DNA of 64,000 bases from the NCBI RefSeq assembly GCF_009914755.1, contig NC_060925.1; one strand, given 5' to 3'. The translations under genes and the position numbers were made by a program. Shown piece by piece: positions 13,945 to 29,000 of the stretch (within the stretch, counting starts at the first letter, position 1; every line of letters begins with the position of its first letter). The notes under the pieces were generated by a model. The model was not told the origin of the DNA, did not search any database, and saw nothing but the letters and a program-made list of their open reading frames with translations. This DNA comes from the human T2T-CHM13v2.0 reference genome, Homo sapiens.

Positions 13945-15939
13945 CATACCCCTTCCTCTGCAGAGTAACTTATCTTTCTTTCAGAAATAGTAGCAACTTG
14001 AATTTATTAGTCTTAGCTGCCACATTATACATCTTCAGATTATATTTTGTATTCTGAAGTATTTTGGGGAGAAAAAGCTTAGACTTTTAATTTTAATTTC
14101 ATTTAAGGACTAGAAAAATACAAAGTTGCCTCATTACCCAAATTCACCTTTCCCCACTCTTTTAATATTTTATTTCTTTAATTTTAGGCATAAGTTAAGA
14201 ACAAGCAATTTAACATGACCAAAAAATGTACTTTTGTCTCTGCCAAAACCTGGTCAGCCAGCCCTGGTAGTCTCAATACCAGATTGATTTCTGCCATATG
14301 CAATTTCATGACTGTTTTTCAAACAATGCATTTTTATTGTATTTCTCTTTTCAGAAAATTCTTAATCTAAAGCAAAACAAACCAAAACCGAAAGACAGAA
14401 ACCAAACTTGAGTCAGTTCTTTGAACTGGCAAGATACTCCTTAGAAATCATGTCCTTAAAAAAAACATGTGAATTCTCTCAGCATGGCCCACTGAAGCAC
14501 AGATTACTTTTTAAGTGTCTCATTATTTTATTCTCTAACATTTAATGCTGATGTTTTAATTGCACACAGCTGAAGCTGCTAAATGAGTACTGAAATGGAT
14601 TTAAGTCCTCTTTGAGCTTTGTTGATACCTATAAAAGTTTATGTCATTCATTAGAACCACAAATTAAAATTAGTCGTGGTTAGCTGTTCACTGGCGATTG
14701 GAACTCTCACGAACAGTTTTGTTCAGGCTCACGAGCTTGTTCTTGCCTAGTATACTTGGATGCCTGAAAAGCTGCCTTTGGCCTGTTGGGTATGTTTTCT
14801 TTTCACAGAATTGCAAAATATCAGAGCTGAGAAATACAAATAGGTAAACCATCCTATGATTATAAAGCCCCTGTGATTTATAATGTCCCAGTAGTCAGGA
14901 GCAACTTTTTTGCTAAACCTGGAATTTTAAGGTGATTTTTTTTTTTTTTTAAATAATGCTTTTCACAGTTGTGCTGGCATGTTTACCAGATCCCCAAAGA
15001 CTTTTTTGCCTTAAGTATGTCCTTTATTTGTTCCTTTGATGCCATGTCCTTCTAGCACTAAAGGAATGGCATCTGGCTCAGTGGATGGTACATGGAAGCC
15101 ATGTGGGGGGCCATGACTGCTTGTTGCCTCCATTCCTCTTGCTCAAGCAGCCCCAAACCGGCTGACCCCTGAGGGATGAGCTGGTTGATGGTCCCCAGGA
15201 GAGTCACAGCTCCCTGCTGTTGGAATCGGCTCCCCTGGGGCTCCCATCTGCCTTTGAGGTAGACAGTACTTTATTTGTAAGTCCAGTAGCAGCTGAAGAG
15301 AAATTAATAGGTTAAGACGAGAAAAGTTTTTAATTCTCTTATTTTACGATTAGATCAGTTAGATTTTCTTTAAAGTTTTCTGCTTAATACATTTTAAGAT
15401 AACCTCATTTTTCTAAGAGAGCTAGTACATGGACACATTTATGGCTTATTTCCAATGAGCCTTGTTTATTTGGTTAGCATTTAGGACATTTAGTAGACTG
15501 TAAGCCAATGGATGTTTTTGTAAATGTGATTCATTGAGAAAAACCTTCATTTGAGAGTCAGGTAACCTGCTTTGGACTAGCAAAGTCTCTGGATATGTTA
15601 CTGGTATCTGTTGAGGTAGTCACACAAAACTGAAATACTCCAACAGAAAGACTTCAGAAGACTTTCATTTTGGTGTAAAAACAGTGAAATTAGCTGTTTG
15701 ACTTAAAATATAGGAGTTGTAAGACATTTCATCGATGCTACTTCTGTTTTATCCTCTGTGAAATGTAGATACTGTGTGTCTCCCACTTGCTTTTTAGGGT
15801 TGTTGGGAGGATAAATGAAACTGTATGACAGACACACTGGGAACTCAGAAGAAAGGTGCTGTTGAAACTGAACCTCATCCTATGGCTGTGCCGTTGGCAG
15901 GCATAACCGGTGTGCTGAGAGGCAGTGGTAGTGAACCCC

Positions 15940-16165
15940 GTGGTGAAAGGCCAGGACCATGGGCTCTGGAGCCAGGCTGCCTTGGTTCGAATCCCACCTC
16001 GACCTCTTGCAAGTGGTCTGACCACAGCAAATCACCCAACCTCTCTGTGCCTGAGTTTCCCCCTCTTTAAATTGGGGATGATGATAGTACCCACTAAAGG
16101 ATCCTGGTGAGTTTTAGCTGAGCACATGTCCACAAAGTCCTTAGAGCAGTGCCTGCCATGTAGTG
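15940..16165 (+). mobile_element. MIR, near full length, intact B-box
   Basis: gggctctggagccaggctgccttggttcgaatccc..aacctctctgtgcctgagtttccc..cttagagcagtgcctgcca. Confidence 0.9.
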
Positions 16166-16669
16166 TGGCTGATCCTCACACCCAGAAAACCCCAGCAGGG
16201 GGACTCACACCTTACAGAAAATCAGGTTCGAAACCATTCCCCAGTAGTCTTCTAACACTGACTTAGAGACCCTTATATGTTTAGAGAGAGGAACCGAATA
16301 GTTTATGGTAATTAAGCTCCTCTAAAACAGATGCAAGTTCAGGTGCATAAAGTTAAATCTGGGTTTTTAATCTCTTAGGAAGAAAAGTTTAGATCACAAA
16401 GAGCTCCATAACCCTTTGTTGATAGGTTCTTTTAACTGTTTTTGGCTATGGAGGGACAAGGAAGGAAACCTGAGGGACAGACCCACCTTTTACCTGCTTA
16501 GCCTTTCTCGTTCCCTTTTACGCTTGGTAAGGTGTCTAGGGAGCTTTGAAGGAGTCAGAAGTGTTGAACTGTTTCAAGGTTTTCACCCAGCTGCGGGAGG
16601 CTTCGTTGTCCTCTTGAGTGAGGTGGAAGGGACATCACTGCCTTTCCTGAGTGTGTAAGAATGCCTGTT

Positions 16670-16865
16670 ACATATTCATCCCAGGGCTTTCCATACATTT
16701 TAATCATCCACATTTACCTACAAGGTGGGTGGTATGTTCACCCCATTTTGCACATGAGAATGCTGATGCCCAGATAGGTTAAATAAATTCACCCAGGCTC
16801 ACACCCTCAGTAAACTGCCAGACAGGCACTTAAATCCAAGTGCCATTCATATCACAGCACTGCTG
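16670..16865 (-). mobile_element. MIR
   Basis: ccccattttgcacatgagaatgctga..ggttaaataaattcacccaggctcaca. Confidence 0.75.
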
Positions 16866-16876
16866 CCTTGCATTGA

Positions 16877-17267
<391 letters not shown>

Positions 17268-18030
17268 CAGACCTTTTAATGCAACAGCGCCCCTAACTTC
17301 TGAAGGCCCCTAGCTGGCTTCAACAACCGCCCCTCTTCCTGCCCCCCATGGAGGGCTCTGTCATACATGTGTCACTTTTAGGGACTCTTATTACCAATGG
17401 CTTCCTTAATCCTGGCTGCACATCCAGATTCCTCTGTACAGCTTTTAAAATAATTCACTTTTTAAGAAACACTTGCCCCATCCCAAGACTCTTGTTCTAG
17501 AGAGATGGATAGGTTCAGAAATACAGGAAGTTTATTTTGTAAACAAGAAAACAAATAGGTCCTTACATTGTGCACATATGGATCTGTGCTTCTGGAGTGT
17601 GGGCCAATGCTGTTAATTCTGTAGTTGACTCCATTGTAAGGTAAAATGAGTTTTATGGGCCAGTTTAGTTGTTCAGCCAACAATTGTTAGTACTGTTTCT
17701 GTAGGAAAAGTTCCTGGCATCCACCCTGTAGAATACCATCTTCCATGAGTGAGCACTTGATCACCACAGAAGCCAGGTTTGAATTTAGTTAGAGTGAAAT
17801 GAAGTAGAGGGCCCTGCTTGCTTTCTTGTTCTTTCATTTTTTTTTCTCTTCCTCTCTTTTATGGGTTTATCGTTCCCTTCTTTTCTTCTCCTTCATAGTT
17901 CCCTCTTTCCTTGTTTTCTCTTTCTTCCACCATCTGGCGTATGTTTACAATGTATCTGTCATCAGACTGTGAGGTCCCTGAAATCCTTCAGGTGCCTACC
18001 ACAGAGTTGACGTGCAAATGAATGTTTCTT

Positions 18031-18345
18031 TATTTTTTAATTAATTAATTTTTTTTTTTTTGAGACGGAGTTTTGCTCTTGTCGCCCAGGCTGGAGTGCA
18101 ATGGTGTGATCTTAACTCACTGCAAACCTCCGCCTTCTGGGTTCTACCGATTCTCCTGCCTCAGCCTCCAAAGTAGCTGGGATTACAGGCGTGTGCCACC
18201 GTGCCCAACTAATTTTTGTATTTTTAGTACAGACAGGATTTCACTATGTTGGCTAGGCTGGTCTCGAACTCCTGACCTCAGGTGATCCACCCGCCTCGGC
18301 CTCCTAGAGTGCTGGGATTACCGTGGTGAGCTGCTGCGCCTGGCC
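18031..18345 (-). mobile_element. AluS (Sq/Sp-like)
   Basis: Antisense Alu; TSD aaatgaatgtttctt / aaatgaacatttctt. Confidence 0.95.
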
Positions 18346-21280
18346 AAATGAACATTTCTTAATTTGTCTTAGTATCTGTCTTTCAAAGAAGTAGGTACTG
18401 CCCGTCATTAGCTTGAAAATTGTCAGATTTTGTTTGTGATTGTCTGTCCTAACTTAGGTGGTTTATCTTGAAGATCTTAGGTAATTTAGCCTCATAGATT
18501 TAGATAGATCGAGAAATGGCAGGCTTCAATCACTGAATAGTACAGAATGTTGGGCAATAAGATGGATTTGGACCATTCAAGGGAGCACTTATGTCAGGCT
18601 TTTAGCATATCTGCTGCATAGTTTTTAGAGCTGGAAGGTCTGAGATCATCTGGGTTGGACCCTTCATTTTTGGTGGTGAGGAACCCACTCCTGAGAGAGA
18701 AAGGTGCTTCTTCGGTGCCCGCCTCCAGGCCAGGACTTGCCTCGTCCTCCTCTGTGTCCTTAGCTGAGTGAGAGTTGGGATGGCGGAGAGCAGAGGCAAT
18801 GTGACCGCATAGCTGCTGCGATTAACTGCCTGCCTCTAGACATGTTGGAGAAACAGTCAAAGTAATCATCCTTCTGCGCTCCCCCTCCCATGGAAACAAA
18901 TGATAGAAGGTTAGGGCAGTTTTGAGGGCAAGCGGCAGACTTCCTCACTGTGAAAGTCGGGAAGCTTTGGTTGTGCCCTAGACCCTGTCCTTTTGGCCTT
19001 GGCACCACCAAGTGGGCTGCTTTAGGTGTCCATCCTGATGGTGTTTAACCCTGCTTGAGGCTTTTGAGGACACTAAGAAACACATGGTGAAGGTGTGGAA
19101 GGATTTTTTGTCATTCCTCAATGAAGATCTGCCCTAGGTAGAAAGGGAGTTAATGAAGGAAAAGTCGGCAACGCTATTGCTGCACGATCAGGAAATAACA
19201 GAAAACGTCTCCCATTTGTTCTCATTTGTGGTGATTGTTTCCCTGGGAAACTGGCCGTGGTTACCATCACGCTGTGTGATGCTCCTCAGAATCCTAGAAT
19301 TAGACGAGATTTTCCACTTTCCGCACACATCTTCAGGTGGGGTCGCAAATACTCCATATGACAGACTGTCACATACGCTGGCCACAGAACTTCAATTATT
19401 CAGGTTTGGATATCCAGCCCCTTTTCTCTCTTCTGTGTGGATCCTTTTGAGTACTTTATACCTCTAAGCCTTTCGTATTTCCAAAGGAGAAACCAGAATG
19501 ACTTTTGTCACTCTTTTGTAATGGTGGGAAAAGGACTGGTAGGGGAAACTACCAAGGTTTGACCTGGGATCTACTTTACCTGCTCTAGTTCACCTTGGAG
19601 CATCTGACCATACATAGGTCCTTGCACATAGTAGATACTCAGCAAACATTAACTGTCTTTTCATTTCTCATTAGCACAGGTAATTAGGAACAGGAGCTGA
19701 TAGACTGCACGTATCTGTGCAGAGATATATCTGTAATTAAAGTTTTAATTAAAGAAACACCAGACCAGGCAGATGGTTCTTATCCCTGCATCCTGTAAAC
19801 CAAACAGCCGTGGCTTTTCGATCTTGCAAACATGCAAAGCTGAGAGTAGCAACATTCATGGTGGTACACCAAAGGGAATAGGTTGTCTTATAAACTAACC
19901 ATAATCTAATTTTGGTAGCACTCTATGTGATGCCAGATTCAAGGATAATCATTGCAGTTTGAAATGAAAGACAATACATCAAAGTTATGTCCCAACCAAA
20001 GCTTTTAAGCCTCAAGTCAAGGGCATTACCACAGCCCAGCTCGTAGATCACAAGACGTGTGGTTTTGTGCTAGATCACAAAAGCTGACAAGGTGTTATTT
20101 AGGATTATCAGCTAAATACAGTATTAAATTAGAGGGCTATCATTCTGATTTTTCAGGCATTGCCACGGTATAGCAGTACAGAATTGAGAAGTGACTTGTA
20201 CCTGCCTGCCTCATGCAGATCCTCTCAGCCATGTCACAGTGACCTTAATGGTCAATTGAGTGCAGAATTTGAAAACAAAAAACAAAAACACCCACAAAGA
20301 GTGACAGAAGATGACTTCTCTCATATCTTAGCACTTTTCCAGGAACCGCTCCCCCAAGGATCCCCAGCGATTTGTTCTAGTTCCGTTGCCATCAGCAGGA
20401 AGCTGGATCAGTAAGGGACGTGGGCAGATGGTAAAGTCCATGGCAGTTCACCATGACCGCTTGGGCTTCACCCATTCCATAACCCCCAGTTTCTTACCCC
20501 TCCTCAAAACCCTTCACTTTGTCACACATGTCATTTTCAGGCATTCAGTGCAGATAGGCAGCTGTGCAACGGGATTACATACTAGTTGATACAAGTATGT
20601 TTTTACCACCTACATCTCACTAATTCATTTTCTACTTGGTAGAACCAGTACTGAAGATGTTCATTTCTTTTATCACAGCGAAGAGTTTTAGTTTAGAGGC
20701 TAGGAGAGTAATTTCTACTTTGCTGAACAGTGAATTACCTTACCATCCCTGCACTTCTTTTAAAGGAAGTAGAGTTTCCGCTTGAAAAAGAGTCCATGTT
20801 ATACCGGGATAAATATAAGGATCTTCACATTAAAGAATATGTCATCAAATGTAGAGCCTGGAAGTATTTTATCTTAATACCATCTATAAAACTCAGTCAT
20901 CCTAGGAGAAATGTGTGTGTGTAAGTGTAAGGAGACATACCAAACCCACAAGACCCTGTGATGTGCTGTGAGCGAAGCCTGTGTCTTGGCTGGTAGACAG
21001 AAATGTGTCCATTACTTTCTGGCTTGGGGAAGACTTCAGGTATTTGATGATATGTCCTTTGGTTTCAGAAGTCAATTAAATCTTAGCTGCTCTGAGTAAA
21101 CAGCCATTTGTGGTTGTGTTTAGAAAATACAGTAAGATCAGATTTGTGCTACTAGGTATTAGGTTGGCATTTTACATGTGGAATTTGAACCGGACTATGA
21201 AATCTATTTCTTCTCTAATTTGGTTCAAGACCTGAACATGTAACCTTTGAGTATACAACACAGGTTTAGATTATAAAGGC

Positions 21281-21609
21281 TTCTTTTCCTTTTTTCTTTT
21301 TTTTTTTTTTTTTGAGACAAGGTTCTTGCTCTGTCACCCAGATGAAGAACCCGCCCACTGGAGTGCAGTGGCATAATCATGGCTTGCTGCAACCTTGAAC
21401 TCCTAGGCCCAAGCAGGCCTCCTGCCTCAACCTCCCGAGTAGCTGGGACTACCTTTGCTGCTGCGCCTAATTTTTTTTTTTTTTTTTTGGCTTTGTAGAG
21501 ACGGAGTCTCTGTTGCCCAGGCTGATCTCGAACTCCTGGGCTCAAGTGTTCCTCCTGCCTTGGCCTCCCAAAGTGATGGGATTACAGGTATAAGCCACCA
21601 TGCCTGGCC
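21281..21609 (-). mobile_element. AluJ with short internal insertion
   Basis: Antisense Alu; extra atgaagaacccgccca inside caggctggag. Confidence 0.9.
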
Positions 21610-21747
21610 CTGTGGGAGGTTTCTTATAAAGTGAAACCACTTGTTACTCAGAACGGCATTATGCCTCGCTTCAGGGTAGGAAATAGAGAAGCATCAGCAA
21701 ACCCACCTGGAATGGTAGGCTTTTTATTTCTCTTTCTCTAGTAGGGT

Positions 21748-22056
21748 TTTTTTTTAAATTTTATTTATTTTTTATATTTATCTTTAATTTAATAGAGACA
21801 GGGTTTTATTCTGTTGTCCAGCCTGGAGTTCAGTGGCACGATGATCATCACTGTGACCTCAAATGCCTAGGCTTGCCTCTGGAGTAGCTGGGACCAGAGG
21901 TGCATACCACCACGCCCAGCTAACTTTTTTGTTTTTCTTGTATAGACAGGGTTTCACTATGTGTCCAGGTTGGTCTCGAGCTGTTGGCCTCAAATGATCC
22001 TCCTGTCTCAACCTCCCAACGTGTGGGGTTACAGGCATGAGCCACCAGGCCCAGCC
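21748..22056 (-). mobile_element. AluJ (degenerate)
   Basis: Antisense Alu ending ..gagccaccaggcccagcc. Confidence 0.9.
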
Positions 22057-22066
22057 TCTAAAAGTG

Positions 22067-22375
<309 letters not shown>

Positions 22376-22639
22376 TCTAACAGATTTTAAGGAAGCTTTT
22401 GTTCTGTCTGATATCTGTATGATCATGGGAGGGGAGTGGAGTGTTCTGCCCACCCCAGAGTGACTTAAATTCAAATATTTGTTTGTTCAATAAATACTTA
22501 TTGAATACCGAGTACTAGGCACTGTCCTAGGTGTATCTAGAATGAAGCAATAAACAAAACCATGTTATTCCCCTCGAAGAGCTTATTTTCTGGTTGGGGG
22601 AGAGGAATAATAATAAACAATAAACAAAAACAAAAATAA

Positions 22640-22860
22640 ATAACAGTAATTGCGTGCTTATATATGCCAATTACATTTATTAACTCACTCTTCAGAATAC
22701 TGAGGAAGTAGCTGCTGTCATTATCCCCATTTCATAGACAAGGAAACCGAGATACAGAGAAGTTGAATTAACTTGCTCAGTGTCACATAGCTAGTAAGTG
22801 GTGCTGTTGCATTCCTGTCCAGGTCATTGGACTCCAGATTTCATGCCCTTAATCACTGTG
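22640..22860 (-). mobile_element. MIR
   Basis: attatccccatttcatagacaaggaaaccgagatacagagaagttgaattaacttgc..gtcacatagctagtaagtgg. Confidence 0.85.
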
Positions 22861-23034
22861 GTATTTTGTTTCTCTTTTAAAAAACTGCCCAATCTGTTTA
22901 TTTCTAAAGAAGGAAAGAAATGTCAGTGATAGTGTGGTGAACAGTGCAGCAAGGTACACAGTGAGAGGGTTCTTGCATGTCTGTTTGTGCATGCTATTCT
23001 AGTGTGACTGAGCGGGTATCTCTCATGAGGTGAA

Positions 23035-23084
23035 TTGAAGGAAGCAACACTGTGACCACTTGAAGGAAGCAACACCGTGACCAC
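23035..23084 (+). repeat. 25-bp tandem duplication, 1 mismatch
   Basis: ttgaaggaagcaacac(t/c)gtgaccac x2. Confidence 0.9.
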
Positions 23085-23371
23085 GTAGGTGTCTAGAGTG
23101 AGTATTCCAAGCAGAGGGAACTGCAAAAGCAAAGGCGCTGAGATAGACAGAGATAGATTTGGCAATGGCGAGAGAGAAGCCAGGAGAATGACAAGGAGGC
23201 CTGTGTTGCTGTGCAGAGCGTGGGAAGGGGCACGGGAGGGGAGGAGCCAGGAAGTAGTGTCCTGTGCAGCCCCGCAGGGCTTGGCACGGTCTTTTGGTTT
23301 TGCCGAAAGAGAAGGAAAGCCACCTGAGGATTTTTGAGCAGGAAAAAGACATGACAGAAAGGATCATTCTG

Positions 23372-24040
<669 letters not shown>

Positions 24041-24600
24041 GTTTGGGATAGAAGTAGGGAGACCAGTGAGGAGACTGTTGCAAGAACTGATGGTGCCTTG
24101 GACAGAGCAGGAAGAAATGGTCATATATGGGTTATGTTTGAAAGGAAGAGCTGGTAGACTGTATTAATATAGGAAGAGTCAGGGATGATGACTGTGTTTT
24201 TGCACTGAGTAACTGGAAGAATGCTATTCTTCTTTACTGAGATCAGGAAGACTGAGAACAGCAGGTTGGGGAGGAGGGGTGAAGAGAATGTAGGTTGTGT
24301 TTTGCACCTGTTGACTGTAAGATCAGGTGGAGATGTTCAATAGGCAGTCGTATGTTTGAGTTTGTAACTTCAAGGAGAGGCTGAGGCTGGAGCTAGATTT
24401 TGAGTGTTTTCAGCATATAGGGGGTTCTAAAAGCCGTAGGACTGGATGAAATTTTTTAGGGAGTGTATACAATAGAGAAGTCCAGACATGGAGCCCTGGG
24501 ACACCCAATGTTAAGGGGAAGCGGGTAGAAGGGAGGCAAAGGAGAATGAGAAGCAATCAGAGAAGGAAGACAGGAGATGGGGGTGTCCTGGAAGTGCATG

Positions 24601-24878
24601 TTTCTCTTTGCTTTGCTTTGCTTTTTTGAGACAGAATGTCCCTCTGGTCTCAGCTCACTGCCATTTCCACTTCCCGGGTTCAAGTGATTCTCTTGCCTCA
24701 GCCTCCCAAGCTGGGATTACAGGTGTGTGCCACCATGCCTGGCCAATTTTTTTATTTTTAGTAGAGATGGGGTTTTGCTGGGTTGGCCAGGCTGGTCTCG
24801 ATCCCCTGACTTCAAGTGATCCACATGCCTTGGCCTCCCAAAATGCTGGGATTACAGGTGTGAGCCACCGCGCCCGGA
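24601..24878 (-). mobile_element. AluS with internal deletion
   Basis: Antisense Alu lacking the ..cccaggctggagtgcagtgg.. segment; TSD ggaag(tg/ct)catgtttc. Confidence 0.9.
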
Positions 24879-25451
24879 CAAGGAAGCTCATGTTTCAAAG
24901 CAGAGTGATATCTATGTCAGATGCTGCTAAAGCTGGAGCAAGAAACAGACGGGTTTCACTGTGGGCTTGGTAGCGGGGCGATCGTTGGTGACTTTGATAA
25001 GAGCTGTATGAGTGAAATGGTGAGAATAAAAGCCCAGTTCCAGGTGGTTCAAGCAAAAACGACTGGATAGGGAGCTGAGCTGGTGCTTTGAAGGAATTCT
25101 GCTTTCGGCAGCCTAAGTGTAGGGCAGGAGAGGGCAGGAGAGGGCAGGGAGTTGGATTTAACCTGGGATTAGGATTTTGCCAGGTGAGTACAGTGGAGGG
25201 AGGAGGCATAAGGGAGTTGAGCATTGCGCAGAAGAATCGATGTGAGGATTGAGGATAGACCATGTGGTCTAAGCCAGGCAAGGAGCCAGGAGGCATGAAG
25301 GAGCTGAGGGTCAGTAAGAGGTCATGGGGTCAGTGGATTCAAGGAGTAGGATCGAGGAGTTGTTGGAGTTGGGATAGTCGAAGAGTAGATAGAGGGCTTG
25401 AAATCGGTATCATGGAGGGGTCAGTTTTGGTTACATCAAGGTCAGGGGCTC

Positions 25452-25738
25452 TGCTGTACAGTAGCAGTGTCAGTGAGTCACGTGTAATTTTTAATGTTCT
25501 AGTAACCATATTTTTAATAGGTAAAAATAAAGGAAACTAATTTTAATAATATATTGTAATATATTTTATTTTACCCAGTAAGTCTACATTACATGACCAT
25601 GTAGTAAGTATAAAAATTGAGAAGTTACTTATTTTGGTATGAAGTCTTTGAAATTGGTATATATCTTATATTTCCATTACCTTCTAATTTGGAGTAGACA
25701 CATTTCAGGTGCTCAGTGGCTGCCTTACTGGACAGCTC
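25452..25738. mobile_element. MER33-like hAT DNA transposon
   Basis: aattttaataatatatt..aagtctttgaaatt..cacatttcaggtgctcagtggctgccttactggacagc. Confidence 0.75.
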
Positions 25739-25976
25739 ATGGGATGGTCATGGAGTGTAGTCCAGGATTATCACAGGGGAAGTGTTTAAAGGAACAAGGA
25801 GGTCGTGGTTCATGAAGGATTGGCCGTGTAGATCTAAAACCATTTCTCACTCCTTCTGAGGGGAGCAAGGCTGAAGAGGAAGGAGGGGACACCATGGCAG
25901 TTGGTAGAGGTCATGTGCTTCGATGGCTGAACCTAGCAGCCTTTTACCATGCAGAGAATTTAGCTTATTCTCTAGA

Positions 25977-25978
<2 letters not shown>

Positions 25979-26014
<36 letters not shown>
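25979..26014 (+). repeat. (CA)18 microsatellite
   Basis: Seen directly. Confidence 0.97.
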
Positions 26015-26016
<2 letters not shown>

Positions 26017-29000
26017 TTTGTTTGGCTTTGATCCACACAATGTGTTTTTAAAGATGAATAAAAATTGATAATATCAGGTATTTTTTAGCCTCGTAGGCCA
26101 GGAAAAAGTAAAATATTTTGAAAGAGTAAACAGGAGCGTCTCAGCAGCATACATGTTACTTTTCATCTTAATCATGTGAGCCTCTCATGAAAGCCTCCAA
26201 GGAGGAGGTTAATGGATGCCCCAATTCTGTACCTTTATCAGGTTTAAGCTTACTTCAGTTTCCCTTTAGTTTGTTGCCTGCAGTATCATAATTAACCAAA
26301 GAATTCTTCTCAAAAATTACCCTCAAAAATCCTACAAACCCCACTGTTAGGAAGCGAGCCCATTTTGAGGAAGTATTTGTGAACCCTGTGTTCTTGGATG
26401 CCTTATGTGTTGAAGGAATAACTACTTGTTCATTTTGTAGTGCTAAAATCCTGGGAATGCGCAGTCTAAGCAGTCTAGAGCATGTCAGTATCCCACCTTT
26501 GGAAATCTCCTAGGAGCATGTAGAGACTCTGGTTTATCATTAACTGTGTTGCTTTCCTATCTTTTACACAAAGTATTCTCCTTCCCGCACCATTGTATTC
26601 ACATGACAGAAAGCTCAGTTAATGCCTTTTAGTAATAATGAAAGCTTACTCATTACATACATTTTCTTAAACTCTCTTTATTCTAATTAAAATGTTTCCA
26701 TCTGATGAGGAAGTGTATGGATACCAAGAAGTGGAAATTAAGCAAGAAATTAAAAGAACATTAATGGCTTTCTTGTAATTTGTTTTGAGGTTTTTCTTCC
26801 TGCTAAATGGTGTTTTGCTTACAGAGTCACCCCTCACACAGAAATCTTTATGATGAATGGACTGGAATAAATCCCAGCAAAAGAAGAGCTATTTTATGAT
26901 ACCTCTTGTAAATTACAACACATGTTATGGAAGTATTTGCTTTTTTAAAAATATTAGCTTTTTAAAGGCATTGTTAGTATAATTAATTTGGCACACACAC
27001 AATTCTAGTTTCTTTGAAAGTGAAGGTCAGTGTGTGTGTGTAGGGGATTAAGAAAATGAGAGTTCTGACATTTAAAAAATTATTTTCTATTTATACCTGA
27101 GTCATTAGAATGCTCAAACCATCCAAAGTATAACATTTAAACTTGCAATTCATTCATTCCTTCAGAAATTTGCTGCTGAAACTTAAACTTTAACCAGCAT
27201 AGCCAGCGTAGCCTTAACCAGGGCAGGTATTTGGTCCGCAGTAGGCAAGCCTTTGCCCCCATCCCTCGTCTTCAGGCTGCAGAGTCCACATGCATGCCAT
27301 TGCTCTGGTGGGTTCTTTTTCTGGTCATTTGGACTTGTCTCTACTAATAAAGTATTCATTAACTTGAAACTCCTACCTCTGAATGTAGATGCAGGTGAAA
27401 GCAGAGAAATACCAAACCCACCCCTTCCTGATGAAGTGCAACATGCCCCACCCAGCTGCATCTCACCTGCTGCCTCCCCTCCTCCTCCCCTGATGTGTGG
27501 ACACTCTTTCTGTCCGTTCCTACTTGCTGTTCCCTTCTCTGCACGAGTCCTTCCCCTGGAGGGCAGCCCGCATGCCACTCCTCCCATGCACCTTTTCTTG
27601 GGAACTGTGTTCAGTACAGCCTGTCCTTTGGTTCACTCTTACCCTGGGCACTGCTTCCCATGTCCTGTGCGGGCCCTTGCCATAGCATATTGTGATTTAT
27701 CTCTGTTGGTGTCTTTACTCCACTCAAGTGGGAGCTCCTTGGGCAAGGGTGCTGGTCCTCCCTTATTTTTGTTTTCCTTGAGCCCACCATCTGCACGTGG
27801 TTATGGGTGGATGGATGGGGGAAGTGACAGTGGGGTAACATACCTTCAAGCCCAAAATGTAAACTTAATAAGTGTTTTGGAGGAAGAGAAGAATAAATAC
27901 TGTTTTTGTTTATACAGGTCTTAAAATTTTGGTAGCAGAAAGCAAATGTGCAAAGAGCAATGGAAAACAAGTCAGAAGCTGCTGTCTGATTCCAGAGGAA
28001 CTCGTATTTTATGTTAAAAAAATGTAATTGACATTTGATTGCCTTGAAATCTTCAATTTGTTGTGCTGATATCTTAAGTAACTAATTATTTAGTTGAATA
28101 ACTACTAGGGAAATAGGCCATAAATGTCACTCGTGCTTTCCTTGTAAGAAGCCCACAGCTCTTCTCGCAGCATGCTCTTTTCAGTACCTGTTCTAGGTAC
28201 TTGTGACTTGTGAAAGTCACTGGCCTCTGCGCATTGGGCACAGGCCTGAAGGCGATGTTTTACTCACATTTTGTCCACTGGAATTAAACAGCTGTGCTGA
28301 TATTCAGTTGATTTGAGGTTTGTTTGGAAATGAGTCCCAAATTTGGGAAGCAAATGAGACAGAACCCTCCACACCCTACCACATGCTTCCAGCTCATCCC
28401 ATGAAAACTCATGAGCACAGTGTGGAGTGTTTTATCTACAGCCACTCCCTTTTTGACCCTTCCCCCAAAATAGTGAGGGAGAGAAATGAAAGAACAGATC
28501 TGGGGCTTGCCTTCAGCTTCACTGTGCATTTTTGGTCATTTTGGTCATTTTAGAAGTCATCTTTCACTTGTTAGGATGTTACATTAATTGGGAGATGCTA
28601 GTCGTTTTGTTCATGGAAACCAGAGTATCCCTTTGAAGTATTATATTCTTCTAATCTATGAAACTGGCCCAGGAAGTAACAATGGGAAGTGCTGGAAATG
28701 GAATTTAAGAAGTCCACCTTCTTAGTCCTGTGCTTAAGCAGAGAGTCTCTAGCAGGGAGCCTCTGCAAGCATTGTGTTCTGTTGTATCAATATGTACTTA
28801 GATATGTTAATCTGAATTAGGGAGTTGATTGTACATAATGACTCCCCTGGGTTGCTATGTTAGAAGAAAACCCAAAACTTAAGTAGTTTGCTGAATATGC
28901 ATAGTAAGTAAAAAAATTCTTCCAAAATTAGTGTTAATTGAATCTGAGCCTTGATCTTCTTTGAACCTTTAATTTTTTATTTGATCTTTTAAAAAAGTTT

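Noticed and set aside
14809-14843. Possible 35-nt micro-exon (ttttcacag| .. TAG|gtaaac)
   Set aside because: Weak donor and no other support; such pairs are common by chance
15940-16240. tRNA-like GGTTCGAA motifs
   Set aside because: No cloverleaf; one is the MIR B-box. Kept only as a possible TFIIIC site
27253-27924. Longest ORF (223 aa)
   Set aside because: Non-ATG start, low-complexity Pro/Ser/Leu composition, probably overlaps decayed L2, no recognisable domain
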